Assembly: GCA_002269645.1 (NCBI GenBank)
Contig: NIVC01000144.1
Location: 1 to 64,000 of the forward strand
DNA from: Macrostomum lignano
Lineage: Eukaryota
DNA: 64,000 bases
Direction: 5' to 3'
Of the stretch, positions 11,796 to 24,142 are shown piece by piece. The translations under genes were made by a program, and so were the position numbers. Positions within the stretch are counted from its first letter, which is position 1; the number at the start of each line of letters is the position of its first letter. Below the pieces are notes generated by a model. The model did no database searches. It had not been told where the DNA came from and was given only the letters and a program-made list of their open reading frames with translations.

Positions 11796-12469
11796 CTCCT
11801 GTGCCTAAAAATCATTAAAATGGCACAGCTCGGCTCATTGGTTTTATGAATCCATTTTGTCATTCTTAGCTGACTGTATAACAATATGTGGTAACAGAGA
11901 TGATAAAATAGATTCACAAAACCAATAAATCATGCTGTGCCATGCAACGGAAATGTACGTAGAATAAAAAATTAGCATTGAATCCTAATTTTCTGAACAA
12001 GAAGCAAATATATTTTGCGATTATACATAGCAAAAGTAGTGATCAATGAGTATTAGGAGAAAATGCTAACCAGCAATTAATGGAAGTCAATTGAAATTGA
12101 CAAATTGCTGATAAAACCTCTGGGAACTCTGCCTTCTGTAGGGCTTTGAGGATGTACGTACATGTATCAGAAGATATCAGTATGGTAGCTGACCTCTTAG
12201 ACAAATTTATTGGCAAGTATAGCAGCTTAGCAAGATGCTGATTTAGGAAGCTGAAAAGTCGCCTGACTACTAGGAGCTAGGAGCTATTTATAGCCAAATA
12301 AGCAGGAATGAGTTGCATATCAGCATGACTTCTTTTGATGCAAAAAGTGGTTTCTTTAAAAAAAGTAATATGCTCGTAATACTAATGATAATCGATTACA
12401 ACTGCCTGAGCAGATGTGCAACCGACAGCTCAGCCGCAGCTATTGCGCAGCGCATCTGAAGGCTGCGTA

Positions 12470-12672
12470 CGGCTGTTCAGTCCATGGACTGGGGGGTCGC
12501 CACACACACCCTCAATTACCACAGCTAATGCTTGTACACATTCTACAGCTGGATAAACTGAAGCAATGCAGAGTTGAGTGTCTTGCTCAAGGACACAAAT
12601 TTTTCCGAGTGAGTCAAGAATCGATCCCCCGACCTTCATGTCGTGAATCCGACGCTCTGACCACTAGGCTAT
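12470..12672 (-). mobile_element. tRNA-derived CORE-type SINE
   Basis: Minus strand has a tRNA-like head with a B-box-like GGATCGATTC, then GTGTCCTTGAGCAAGACACTCAACTC...CAGTTTATCCAGCTGTAGAATG resembling the MIR/CORE domain; second copy at 43355-43567. Confidence 0.75.
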
Positions 12673-13219
12673 AACCATTCCTTTAAAAAACATGAAGCCA
12701 TCAACTCCGGGACTTTTTCTCCATCCAACCCGCAGCTCCGCAGTCAACTCCGCATAAACGCGGAAGCCATCCTTTGTTGGCTCGGCAAACTACCGTTGCG
12801 AGTGAGAGGAAGCGAGTTTGCCTTGCAAAACAAAGAAGATGGATTTCTAGAATTCACGACCAGTCAGGAAACATCACTGCTTCCGCTAAATATGTTGCCT
12901 CGTTAGGAGGCTGCGAACATGCACAAAAGCCTGTATTGTTCAAACTACAATGCATCTCGCTTGCTTTTCGTTGACTCTACGGGTGATCGATCATTGCCTC
13001 AAAGTCAGAATTCAGGCAACCCGCTGCAGAAGCTGTGCGTCAAGGTAAACAGGCCGTCAAATTATAGACCGATTGCTGGAGCCAATGAGCAACAAAGCCA
13101 ATCAGGACAATTTCACTGATCTGGTCAAGAATGCATAACTGCGACAAAACAGATGCTGAGGCTTTCAAGACAAGCGAATTCTCTTCTACTGACTGACAGA
13201 AGCTACATCACGCCACAAA

Positions 13220-14251
13220 ATGTCAAGGCTCCTACATCTCGCTGTTCTGTGCGCCCTGCTCTCGGTCTCTGACTGTGTAAACGGAGACAAAACTACACAG
13301 CACAGAGTAGCCAACAATGACTGCCTGAACTTGTCGCTCTCGGTGTGGCAAATGCCGCGAGCCTCCGCCTACCTGCTCGACTGCTTCTTGTCGAGTCGGT
13401 CGTTCCGTCTCGGCAGCGTCGGCGTGGTGCAGCGGAACAAGCGAGACGCCTCGTGCGCGCTGTTCCGCTTCGGTGAGGTGTGCCGCCTGCTTAACATGAC
13501 CAGCTCGTCTACACCGACTGAGGGAGTGGCCGCTGAGAGCACTTGCGAAACCCTGGTGGACTCGGAGTACGACGCGATCGCTGCGAACGAGCACTTCAGC
13601 GCTGTGTGGGTCGGAGACAGGGGACCGGCGCTGGAGAACCTGGTGTGCGGCTCCCATGGACAGAGGAACCCCATGAGGTCCAGTGGTGTCTCATGGACGA
13701 ACGAAGGCGCTCGCATGGACGGAGTCTCGTCTCGGCTGTGGGTGGACGACCCCACAGGTCTGGACTTCACGGCGTCCTACACCTGGGTGCTGCACCTCAA
13801 GAGAACTCCAAGGGTTCAGTGCTTCATCGAGCTGGACAATTGCGGATCATTAGGAGGCAGCTCATTCTTAAGCCACTTTTGGGAATATTGCCGTGGTTCA
13901 TTAGAGACGCGATGTCTTTTTTCCAATATTGGCGGCGATAAATGGGTGGTGCACACGGGCTCTGTGCTGCCCGCCGATCCTGAGCGCTTCTTCATCGCTG
14001 GCTTGTCAACAGATAAGCCGTCAGGTGAACGCCAATTCCTGCTCGGATCCGCGTTCTTGACTGAGCCCCTGAAATCTGGCAACGGGTCCACATTAAAATA
14101 TAACGACACTGGCGCCTGCGTCAAGATCGGCTGGCGGGATGCAAGCTCGTCAGCGTTCAACGGATTTTTCCAGGGCGTCATCCGCGCAGTCGCCATGACG
14201 AACTCGGCCGTGACTGAGCAGGCGGTGCGGCAGCTGCTTCAGCAGCCCTGA
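13220..14251 (+). CDS. Secreted PAN-like + LamG/ConA-like protein, copy C (343 aa, intronless)
   Basis: Intact ORF, paralogous to copy B over its full length; signal peptide. Confidence 0.88.
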   Translation: MSRLLHLAVLCALLSVSDCVNGDKTTQHRVANNDCLNLSLSVWQMPRASAYLLDCFLSSRSFRLGSVGVVQRNKRDASCALFRFGEVCRLLNMTSSSTPTEGVAAESTCETLVDSEYDAIAANEHFSAVWVGDRGPALENLVCGSHGQRNPMRSSGVSWTNEGARMDGVSSRLWVDDPTGLDFTASYTWVLHLKRTPRVQCFIELDNCGSLGGSSFLSHFWEYCRGSLETRCLFSNIGGDKWVVHTGSVLPADPERFFIAGLSTDKPSGERQFLLGSAFLTEPLKSGNGSTLKYNDTGACVKIGWRDASSSAFNGFFQGVIRAVAMTNSAVTEQAVRQLLQQP

Positions 14252-14680
14252 AGCTTTGACACCTTTCAATGTTGTTCGGGCACTTTTTGTATTTATATTC
14301 GTAAAAATTATTGTGCAACTATTACATAGCCTCGGTCTGGGCACAAGAAACCATTTTTGTTTGTGTGTGGCTCCTGTGCTCGGGCACTCGCTGGGAGAAC
14401 AGGTCGATTGCAGCTCCCTGCATCTCCGACATCTGCCCCCAATATTCCCTGCCAGCTGTCTTTTTGTTGAACAACCGATTTTTCTAGTTTTCTCTCTATT
14501 TTTCTCGCTCCTTGCTTCTGTTGTTCACTGACCCTAACTAACAGACTCCCGGATTTGCGTTACTGGCTATCTGAATGCGCCAATTCAATAAATCCTCATT
14601 TTTCCTCACTTTTTCTGCGTGCCCCAGGTGACAATTCTATTTTTAGAAACAGGTTAGTGACGTCAGAAGATTGGGTCCCA

Positions 14681-14682
<2 letters not shown>

Positions 14683-14747
<65 letters not shown>
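14683..14747. repeat. (GA)n microsatellite
   Basis: Direct; expanded from the short GAGAGAG present at the same place in units A and B. Confidence 0.95.
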
Positions 14748-15519
14748 TCATAGCAATAACCTTAAAGAGAGTCACGTGAGTCGCCTAAAACGGCTACGCC
14801 GATCCTACTGAAGACTTACCTGCATCAGCTTCTTCAAGCCTGCAGCATCAGCATCAGCAGCCAGTTCTCTCTCTCTGGCGCCCCCGGTGAGTGGCGCCCC
14901 CGGTGAGTCTTTAATCCTGGCTTCAGGCCGAATCGCACTTAGATTATTGCTACTTCCTAGACATTAGAGTCTGCTCTTACTGTCCTTACGTGTATTCATT
15001 TATTCACTCCAGAGCGAACTATCAATAATTATGACAACTATCAAGAATAAAAAATTAACTATTTCTATAGGGTTGCTTCTTTGCCCTTCTTAATTTCTTC
15101 TGGAGGTCTTAATGCCTTTATAATTTAGTTCTTAATAGCACACTAAACCTTATATTTTCATATGCTTATACATTCATATCATATTTTCGTATTTTCGTAC
15201 TGTATATACATTTCGATTTCCCTCATACTACTCTTAGTAGCAAAATGTGTAATCACGCATCATTTCAACCACACCCTATTGTCAAAACGACGTATAACGT
15301 TATCCGTCGATGTAATGTAAAAGAACATACTTATCAGCGATGTCGATAGACTGTAGGAACGTCGGCCAGAGAGAATCTAATTTGAAATAGCTGTAGTAAC
15401 TTCGACCAAAACAGAGTTGCTTCAGTTTCAATTTACAACAAAAAAATACTTCTCCGCTAGCTACACAGTGACCATAACAGGGGTGAGAAGTCAAAGAGAG
15501 CCTCTCTAGGCGATAGCCC

Positions 15520-16085
15520 TCAAAACGTCACAACCCCCTGCTTGGTCCGGGGCGCCAGCATCAGTCAAAAGCCTGTCACGGGTATCTCGCCGTTTGCCCT
15601 TGGCCTCGCCTACGCGGTCTCTGCAGCTTGAGCAGCAGCACTTCGTTTAGCGGCTCAGGGCAAGTGGGCCTCCGACTGGCTGTCGTGGCCAACCAGTCGA
15701 AGTCGTCTCCCGCGCAGCAGGTCAGAAGGCCGCATCAGGCCTCGCATCGCTGCCTGGGCCGCTGCGCACGCCGAACGCCTCACTCAGCTTGGCCGCATGC
15801 GCAGCGTCCAGCTGCCTCTTTTTCAGGTGTCCGTCAGGGTCCAGGTCTCGGCGTTGTACAACAAGACAGTCTCAACGACTGCCTGAAACAGCCGAGACCC
15901 GAGCCCATCATCCAGGGCCTCAGAATGGAGCACGGAGCTCACAGAACGAACGAAGCATGATTGCATCCCCAGACAGCGTCTCGGTAATTGATATCGGAGG
16001 TCGGAGGGAACCGTGAAGACTACCGTCTTCCGCTCATTCAGCATGAGGCCGACTTGCAATGTTGACGCCGTCAGGCCATCAAGCA
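15520..16085 (-). mobile_element. Degenerate 3' fragment of an RTE-clade non-LTR retrotransposon (RT C-terminus)
   Basis: Minus-strand peptides VGLMLNERKT, LFQAVVETVLLYNAETWTLT and RRLRLVGH...RRRGQG match RTE-type RT C-terminal motifs; frameshifted. Confidence 0.75.
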
Positions 16086-19000
16086 GCTAACAAAATTTTA
16101 AATTTAGTTACTACAATAAGGTTGAGCTGTTGTCAAGTTATATTGCTCAAAATTCTAATCTGGCTAGTACTTTCTAAATCGACCTACAATTAAAATCGCA
16201 TGATAGACAGAACAGAGGGTTTTCAGTTTTAAGCACCAATTCATCAAAACTTCGTCAATACGAGCTAAAATTTCTGAATTGTAACTTTAGAACGTATGAT
16301 TTGTTTACTGTAGCGTAAAGACATTGTTAATTTCGATAAAAGCATTTCTCTGCTTTTGTTATCGGTCGTCTAAAATGCGGGCTGAAAGCAAATAGTCTGG
16401 CCCTCAGAAAGCCGCCTGCAAAACCCCCATGCAGCATGCAGTCGGAATTACGGTCATGTTGGTGCTACGGTTATGCTGAGTCCTAAATTTAGGCTTACTT
16501 TGGATTTGCTGATGTGTTTATCCTAATATTGGCTTTGCTGGCTTTCTGACTTTGGTACATCGCTGTCTGAGGCCTGACGTTCCCCCTAACCCTATTAGTA
16601 TGTAAAAATTAAAGAACGAACCACGACAATCCAATTTTAACTTAAAAAGTAGACAATAACCAAAAGATGTTGAGAATAGATAAAAAATGTTTGGCAAGTC
16701 TCATAGCTGTATTAAGTAAATTAATCCCTAATTTCGCCCAGAATTGTCATGCAGAGTAAAAAAATTGCGAGAAACAAGGTGGGAGGGACGTCAAATATAT
16801 TGAGAGCATGAGACCATATGGTGCACAGTAGTAGGTCATAATTAGTCATTTATATTTTGCTTCACTCTTACCATGTATCTAGCAAAATATGGTACTCACT
16901 ATTTTTAGTGAGATCTATAACTCAACTTTGTGACGAACAGAAGCATTAGGGTCACAAAAGATTATCATGCTTATCAAGTAGGTTGATATTACAGCTAGGT
17001 AATACCCTATTTGAAATTAATGTTCAGTAAGTTCAGATCAAATGCATTACGATACTCCGCATTGCATACGGCTTCAAACTTCTGAAAAGCAGGTCGGTCC
17101 TTTGAAAGGTCGTTTTTTTGTTACAATATATGTTGGCAATGACAATTTTTGGTACAATATATTCCTATAAGATACTGGTGTGATGCTTTTTCTACTATTT
17201 CATTTACTGTAAATTACTGTCTAACAAACTATTACTCAACTTTGCTCAACTGGACACTGGCTGGGAAAAGAGACGATATTGTACGACTAACCAGTGTCTG
17301 GGCAGTGGTTCTTCTAGTTTATGAGAACCCAGGCACTGGATTCTGGGTCGAGCGCTGTTTCACCGGCCTCCCCAACATCTCTTTCACTAACGCCCTTCGC
17401 CCTCACAGAATTGCGAAGGTCTCACAGGCAGGATAATGCGAGGGAAAGACAACCATGATAGGAATGGCAACTTGTCACTCAAGCTTTCTCGCTTTCTCAA
17501 AGAAACAGGGGATGCTTTTCCTTGCAACTTACATGTACCATATTTATACTGCGCGGAGCAATCTCAGCTGTATGGTCTTGTTAAAAATTTTGTACATGTA
17601 TCTAATCCACTATTTGTGAGGTTCTTCAGCCATTCAGAAGGCACCGGTTCGAATTTGGTACTCACATTGTGGCTCTTTGATACTTCGAAAACTAACTTTA
17701 TTATGCTTGCAATGAATGGCTTGCATTCGACTGTTATAGGCAAAAATATTCAGGCTGCGGTCGATGAGATAAAGAGGCGGGCGACTTAGACACTTAAGGA
17801 TTTAAACACCCTTGCTAGTTAGCAATTGACTCAGCTAAAATGAATAGACGGGTTATTGGTATGAGTTCGTAAGTGAGTCACCTACTCAAAAGCTTTTAAA
17901 GCTTCAAGTCCATTATAATACATGCAGCATGCAGCCGACAACAGGCCAAGTGCCTGTCTGTCCTAGTCAGCAGAAGAGACGACAATTCGACAAAATATAA
18001 AAGTATGTATTGTACTTCCGTGCCGAAAAATGGAAAAGCACCTATCTCCATACAGTGGTGCCTTTTTTCGTAAAGCCAGCTTTGAAAGATTTTTTAGAAA
18101 CGAATTTGTGTCCTCCATGAGCAGTTGGCATCGCCATGAATTTTATGATGGGTGGACAAAGGCGAGAAGTCTGCATGATTAAATTCTTACATTATCTTAA
18201 GAATCGGCGTTGATAGCTGATTTTGGCGCCGAAGGTGCTCTATTTTGGGGCCCAGAAGCAAAATTATTGACTTACAAAACGGTACACAAAGTGGATGGGG
18301 CGGGGAGACAAAGCATTATGGGATGCCCCCCATAGCTTTCTGGTCGGGGCATGGACAGGCCGATGGGGCGATAGCTGTAAACATCTTCATGGCCAAGAGC
18401 TGTTTTTCATATCCTAATTATCATTTTTGAATATATTTAAGTCGGCCAATTTGCAAATTTGATGACATTATCGTTTTCAACGAGATGGACTTATTGCTTC
18501 CCGATCCCATTTGTTTATACGGCCTTTAAATGAATGCATACAAGCTTTCAGCAAAATTAGGTTCTTTCTGGCTTCACGAGAAGCAAGTCAACAATTAAAT
18601 TAGTGAATTAAAAAGGGCCCCACTTATTTGGGAACTTCGATTTAAATTTCGTTGCTCTTTAATTTGGAGCAGTGGTTACAAGCCTCTTAATAGATTTTTT
18701 GTTTATTCAGCAGTTGAATTACGTAGTTTGGACGAAGCAACTAAAGATAATAGTATAGGAATATTTTGTATTACTGTAGCTCAATGTTAGGTTGTGAAAT
18801 AATAACAATGGCACGTGTGAGTACTAAATTTAAGAATAGTTGAATTACATGCTTTTTGGGACTGTGCATCCGGTTATAGAGTATCCTGTACAGCAATCTG
18901 ATTTAAATCATGCGACAATCAGCCGACGGATGGCGTCGTTATACTTCGGCGTAAGATAGAAGTATCATTTTGCCAACAATGTCCATTGACGTCGGGTTGT

Positions 19001-19697
19001 AGGCGGACGTCCTGTTGCACGGGTATGCGAAAATTTGTGCTTGCTGTTCCAGCCTGCGGCGCCGTAATTCAAGTTCCTTTTCGACAGCTACCTGTTCTAT
19101 CGGTTTACTCTATTGTGGAATGAAAGCAATTTGAAACTCCTCCATTCAAGAACGGCTGATTTAGGCCCCAAATCACCCTGATAACAAGGTAATACTTGAC
19201 AATAAGGATGTATATTATAATTTTGACTCTGAAAAGCCTTTGTTAGAGCTTCCATCCTGAAATTTTAATTACAAATTATTGTTAAAGCCGAGAAAAAATA
19301 AACCGGGTCTACAATAAGCAATTAAATAATAAAGCTGATATTTAAAAGGTTATTTATAGCGTTCATATATTACAGCAAGTCTGTAGGTACACAAGACTAT
19401 TTAATTAACAGCATCACGGACGGGTAGCTATTTTTTGCAAGGAACGGTCTCGATCGTTTGATGTTAAAATGTTTACAAAATTCATATAGATACTCGTAAA
19501 AGAACAGATAAAAAGCGTTCCTGGGCTCATGAAAAATTCAAAAATAGATCGGGAAAACTTGAACAAAATTAACTATAGATCTTTCCAGAGGGAGTTGGTA
19601 TAACTGATTTTTCAAATATATCAAATATATAAATTCAAATATTTCAAAAAATAGTTGTTCAAAACCTTTTGTTAATTCCTGACGTTTTACAATCAAT

Positions 19698-20699
19698 TTA
19701 CACTCCGAAGAAAATTTTATTGATGGTTTCTTCCGGTAGATTCGTATTAGAAACCGCCACGGCTCTGACCACACCATTAAGCATGAAGGTGCCGTCATAC
19801 CGCCAGCCCACATGGATGCAGGCTCCGGCTTGGTTAAAGCTGTTCGTCCGAGCGAAGACGCCGGCAGTCGGTAGAAACTTTGATCCATAGAAGAAGCGAG
19901 TCAGGTTCTGCTGCCTCCTGAATGAGACGCCAGCGATGAAGAACTCGTTCGGGTCCGCAGGCAGCACCGAGCTGGTCTGGAATCTGGCGAAGTAACCCGG
20001 GTTCAGGAAGAGGGCGCGACTCACTCCGGACATTACTGAGTATTCTTGCAGGTGGTCGAGCATGCTGCCGGATCCGATGCAGCTGCTCAGTTCTAGAAAG
20101 CTAGCTAAACCTGGGGTTCTCTTCAGGTGCAGCACCCAGGTGTAGGATGCCGTGAAGTCCAGACCTGTGGGGTCGTCCACCCACAGCCGAGACGAGACTC
20201 CGTCCATGCGAGCGCCCTCACTCGTCCAGGTCACATTGAGCGACTTCACGGGGTTCCTCTGTCCCTCGGAGCCGCACACCAGGTTCTCCAGCGCCGGTCC
20301 CCTGTCTCCGACCCACACAGCGCTGAAGTGCTCGTTCGAAGCGATCGCGTCGTACTCCGAGTCCACCACGGTCTCGCAGCTGCTCTCAGCGGCCACTCCG
20401 GCAGTCGGTGTCGTCGAGGTCATGTTGAGCAGGCGGCACACCTCACCAAAGCGGAACAGCGCGCACGAGGCGTCTCGATTGTTCCGCTGCACAACGCCGA
20501 CGCTGCCGAGACGGAGAGAGCGACTGGACGAGAAACAGTTGATCATTGAGGCCGAGGGCTGAGGCCTCTGCCACACCGCCAACGACAAGTTCAGGCACTT
20601 ACGCTTTGACATTTTCAGCTTCGTGATTTGGAGGCTCTTTTGAGCATTGCAGCTGACTAGCAGGGCACTCAAAACTATTAAGAAGAAGACAGTATTCAT
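19698..20699 (-). CDS. Secreted PAN-like + LamG/ConA-like protein, copy D (333 aa from MNTVFFLIVL), inverted and divergent
   Basis: Intact ORF; the ATG at 20699 begins a signal peptide; core nearly identical to A-C while the N-terminus and C-half are strongly diverged. Confidence 0.88.
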   Translation of the reverse strand: MNTVFFLIVLSALLVSCNAQKSLQITKLKMSKRKCLNLSLAVWQRPQPSASMINCFSSSRSLRLGSVGVVQRNNRDASCALFRFGEVCRLLNMTSTTPTAGVAAESSCETVVDSEYDAIASNEHFSAVWVGDRGPALENLVCGSEGQRNPVKSLNVTWTSEGARMDGVSSRLWVDDPTGLDFTASYTWVLHLKRTPGLASFLELSSCIGSGSMLDHLQEYSVMSGVSRALFLNPGYFARFQTSSVLPADPNEFFIAGVSFRRQQNLTRFFYGSKFLPTAGVFARTNSFNQAGACIHVGWRYDGTFMLNGVVRAVAVSNTNLPEETINKIFFGV

Positions 20700-22249
20700 T
20701 TCGAGTGTCTTTACAAGTTTAAAATAGATCGTATATTTGGTTTGGTGTTTTACAGAAATGCATTCAGAATTTATCAATTTATTGGACGGAGCTCAGGACT
20801 TAGAGATGTTGAAAATGTTTTGATTGGCTGAGATAGTTTGCAACGAATTTCCACAGGACGGGATTGCTACACCATGAGCATCTGAAGTACACTGCACTTC
20901 AGTTGTCCCTGGTTGCATGGTTTAGAATACGCAACAACTTTTAGCAACAAGTTGTCTACAGGCAAGAAACTGCATAATCACTAATGCCAATTTGTGTCCT
21001 AAAGCCCCAAATTCAGGCCTTAATAGCGCCATGGTACTCTGAAGCCGGGATTGTCCACCAAAACTGCACTCCAACTTGTCCAAGCTTAACTACAACTAGT
21101 CCACACTTAACTCTAACGAGTTCACTCTCACCCAAGTGAAACGGGACCCGCCAATCTTGTGTGTCAACTTCGGAGACGCCCTGCGATCCCTGCTCTGGGC
21201 AGCCGATCACAGCTGTGACCGAGAGCAGCATCGTCCCAGGTCGATCGCTGGTAGACTCTGGTCAATTATGTCACGGTCGCCTTGGTCAGCCAGACACTCT
21301 GCATCGCTGTTGGCAGCGTCGATCAAATAAAGATTCAACAGTCCTACTGTACATGCAGGCTTCGTCACACGCAAGGTATTAATGGTGTTTTTAAAAAACA
21401 TAATTACTGAATCCCTGCCAGTTGTCATTTGGCCCAGTGACCATTTTCAATGCAAGGTAAAAATACACTAGCATTGATCTGCTGCGGTAAGGGTAAAACC
21501 AGCCTGTATCTGCCTTGGAACTGGGCTAATTCACCCACAATTCCATGAAAATCCATGAAGTTATACGTGTACATGTACCTACATGTACTGTGTCATGAGA
21601 TCAAAGTCGTGCCCCAACCCACCGTACGTGACTTAGAAGCTGCGACCAGCTCCGAGTGACTCAATTTTAGTGCTTGACGGTGCATGCATTACAAAGGCGT
21701 GTGAATTTGAAGATGTACATGTAAAAGGGTAAAATTGCTCAACTTTCAGACATAGCTCGAGCAGCAATACACGAAACACGAGCTTTATTGGGCGACTTTT
21801 GTGAAGCGACTATTGGGTGCTTATAACAATGCCCTCCTAGACTCCTGTCATGGAGAAATCATTCATGATCCATGATCCATGTCAATTCATGCAAGTCAAT
21901 GAAACTTTCATGGATGCATTCTTTTGCTCCATGCTTTTATCATGGATGGAAGCACGTTCGTATGTTTCTCTCAAAAAATATTTATGTGCCATTGTTTGCC
22001 ATTTTTTTTCTAAGCAAACAATGTAGAAAATAACAAAAAGTAGTACTTTACTCACTTTAAAAATTTTGTAGACTACATTTTTGTTTTTTGCAATACATCT
22101 ATTGTTCTAACCATTCTATAGCGTACGTCGAAGTTGTGTTTTTTTAATGTCACTTGCTCGATCGTTTATTTAGTATATTCCCCTTATGTTATTTTGGCTA
22201 GTAGAAAACCGACGAGACCGGTTCTATATCCACAGGATCCTTTGAAACT

Positions 22250-23030
22250 TCTATCTTCTCTTCTGTTTCCTCTCTTCTCTCTCCCCTTTTCTTTCTCCTC
22301 TCTTCTCTCTCATCTCTGCTCTCTCATTTCTCATTTCTCCTCTTATCTTTGCTCTCTTATCTCTTCTCAATTCTCTCTTCTCTAGCTCCTATCTCATTTC
22401 TATCATCTCATCTCTTCTCTCATCTTTCCTCTCTTCTCTCTTTTCTCCTCCCTTCTCTCTTCCCTCTTCTCTCGTCTCTCCCCTCTCCTCTCCTCTCTCC
22501 TTTCCTCTCTCGCCACTTCTCTCGTCTCTCGTCTCTCTTTTCTATGCTCTCTCATTTCTCCTTTCACATTTTTTATCTCTTCTCTTTCTCTCTTCCCTCT
22601 TCTCTCCTCCTTCCTCTCTTCTAACATCTCTCTACTCTCTTCTCTCTTGTCTTGATCATCTCTCCTATCAACTCTTTCCGGTCTGATATATTCTCTCTCA
22701 TCTATTATTTGTACTTTCCTATTTATCATTTCTCCTCTCTTCTCTTCTATGAACTCTTCTCATCTCATCTCTATTCTTTATTCTCTCTACTTTCTCTTCT
22801 TTACTCTCTCATCTCTCATGTTATATGTATCTCTCTGCCCTCTCATATCTTTCTTTCCTTCCCTCTCTCCCCTCTCCTCTTTTCTCCCTCTTTTCTCTCC
22901 CCTTTTCTCTCCTCCTTTTCTACTCTCTCCCTCCCGCTAATCCCCTGTCCTCTCCTCTCTGTTCTCTCCCCTCTGCTCTCTCCCATCTTTCCCCTCTTCT
23001 CTCTTCTCTCCCAGTCTACCTGAGCATGCC
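22250..23030. repeat. CT-rich low-complexity tract
   Basis: Polypyrimidine composition; overlapping ORFs are S/L/F or R/E low complexity. Confidence 0.9.
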
Positions 23031-24142
23031 TAGGCTATCTATTTCCCAGTCCCAGCAGGAGGGCATGCATGGTCGTCGCGGCAAGCAATTTACATGTACC
23101 TGGTACATGTACGCATCAGCTTAGATAGTTTAGGAGAAACTCGAAATTTGTTGTAGACGTAATTTTTGTTGCTCTTCAATAGCTAGGAACTAGTATAGGC
23201 TGCATGATGCACATTTATTAGGTAGCTAGCTATTTTGTAGATAAATTTAAGTTGCTTCTTGACCATCTCAAGGTTTGCTATTATAGGTTACGAATTTCAA
23301 AGTTGTCAATTAAAGAGGAATTCTTTTGTTTCACATTGGAGCTTGAGCTTGAGATTGAGCTGTTATATACAGTGTATATCCTTGGAGTGGCAATCACTAT
23401 ATAAACCGCGAGTGTCAATTTGGCGCAAAAATTGGTGTACATTTTTTTTCATTCTAGATATATACCTGCTTATTTTAAATTGGCATTTTTTTTATAAAAA
23501 AGCTTCAGCACTTCGTCCGCTACAATAATCCAAAATTAATGCCGAAACAAAAATGCGGGACATGCGCGCCCAGATGATGCAGCTACAATTTTTTGTTCTA
23601 AGCTTTTAAAAATGTGTTTGCACATTACATGTACATGTATGCGCCAAGTCGTACTGCCCTCAGAAGGTGCAGGAAGTGCTGCTGCTAACGCATACTTAGA
23701 GACACCTTGTACCATGAAGTGAGGACTGCTGGCTTAAGCAAGTTTTGTTATTGATATTTTTGTATTTGATGGGCCAGTCTCGTTATTGGAGCTATTACTG
23801 TTATTATGTTATTATTAAACCGGCTTTTGGTGATGGGTAAGCTCAGTAGCTCATTCCTAATTTTTTATTTATACATTTTTAATTATAATCGCGTTATTAA
23901 CATTCATCATATGCGTCGTGGAACCGCCTTGGCTACGAAATCCGTTGCTTTAGATTTGTTTAAAGTGTTAAAAAAGCCGCGAATTTATGATTCTTCTACA
24001 ATCTTCGAAATAAAATTTTTTTTTTGATTCAACACAGTGACACGGGTCTTACTCTTAAACTTAAGTCCTTAAGTTCAAGGAAACGCCTTGGCGAGTTTAA
24101 GTCTTCTATTTTAGAGCCTGCTACAGTATTTATATAGGTGAA

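Noticed and set aside
21013-21428. GC-richer patch with several short ORFs upstream of copy D
   Set aside because: No recognisable motif, splice structure or homology to the family could be supported
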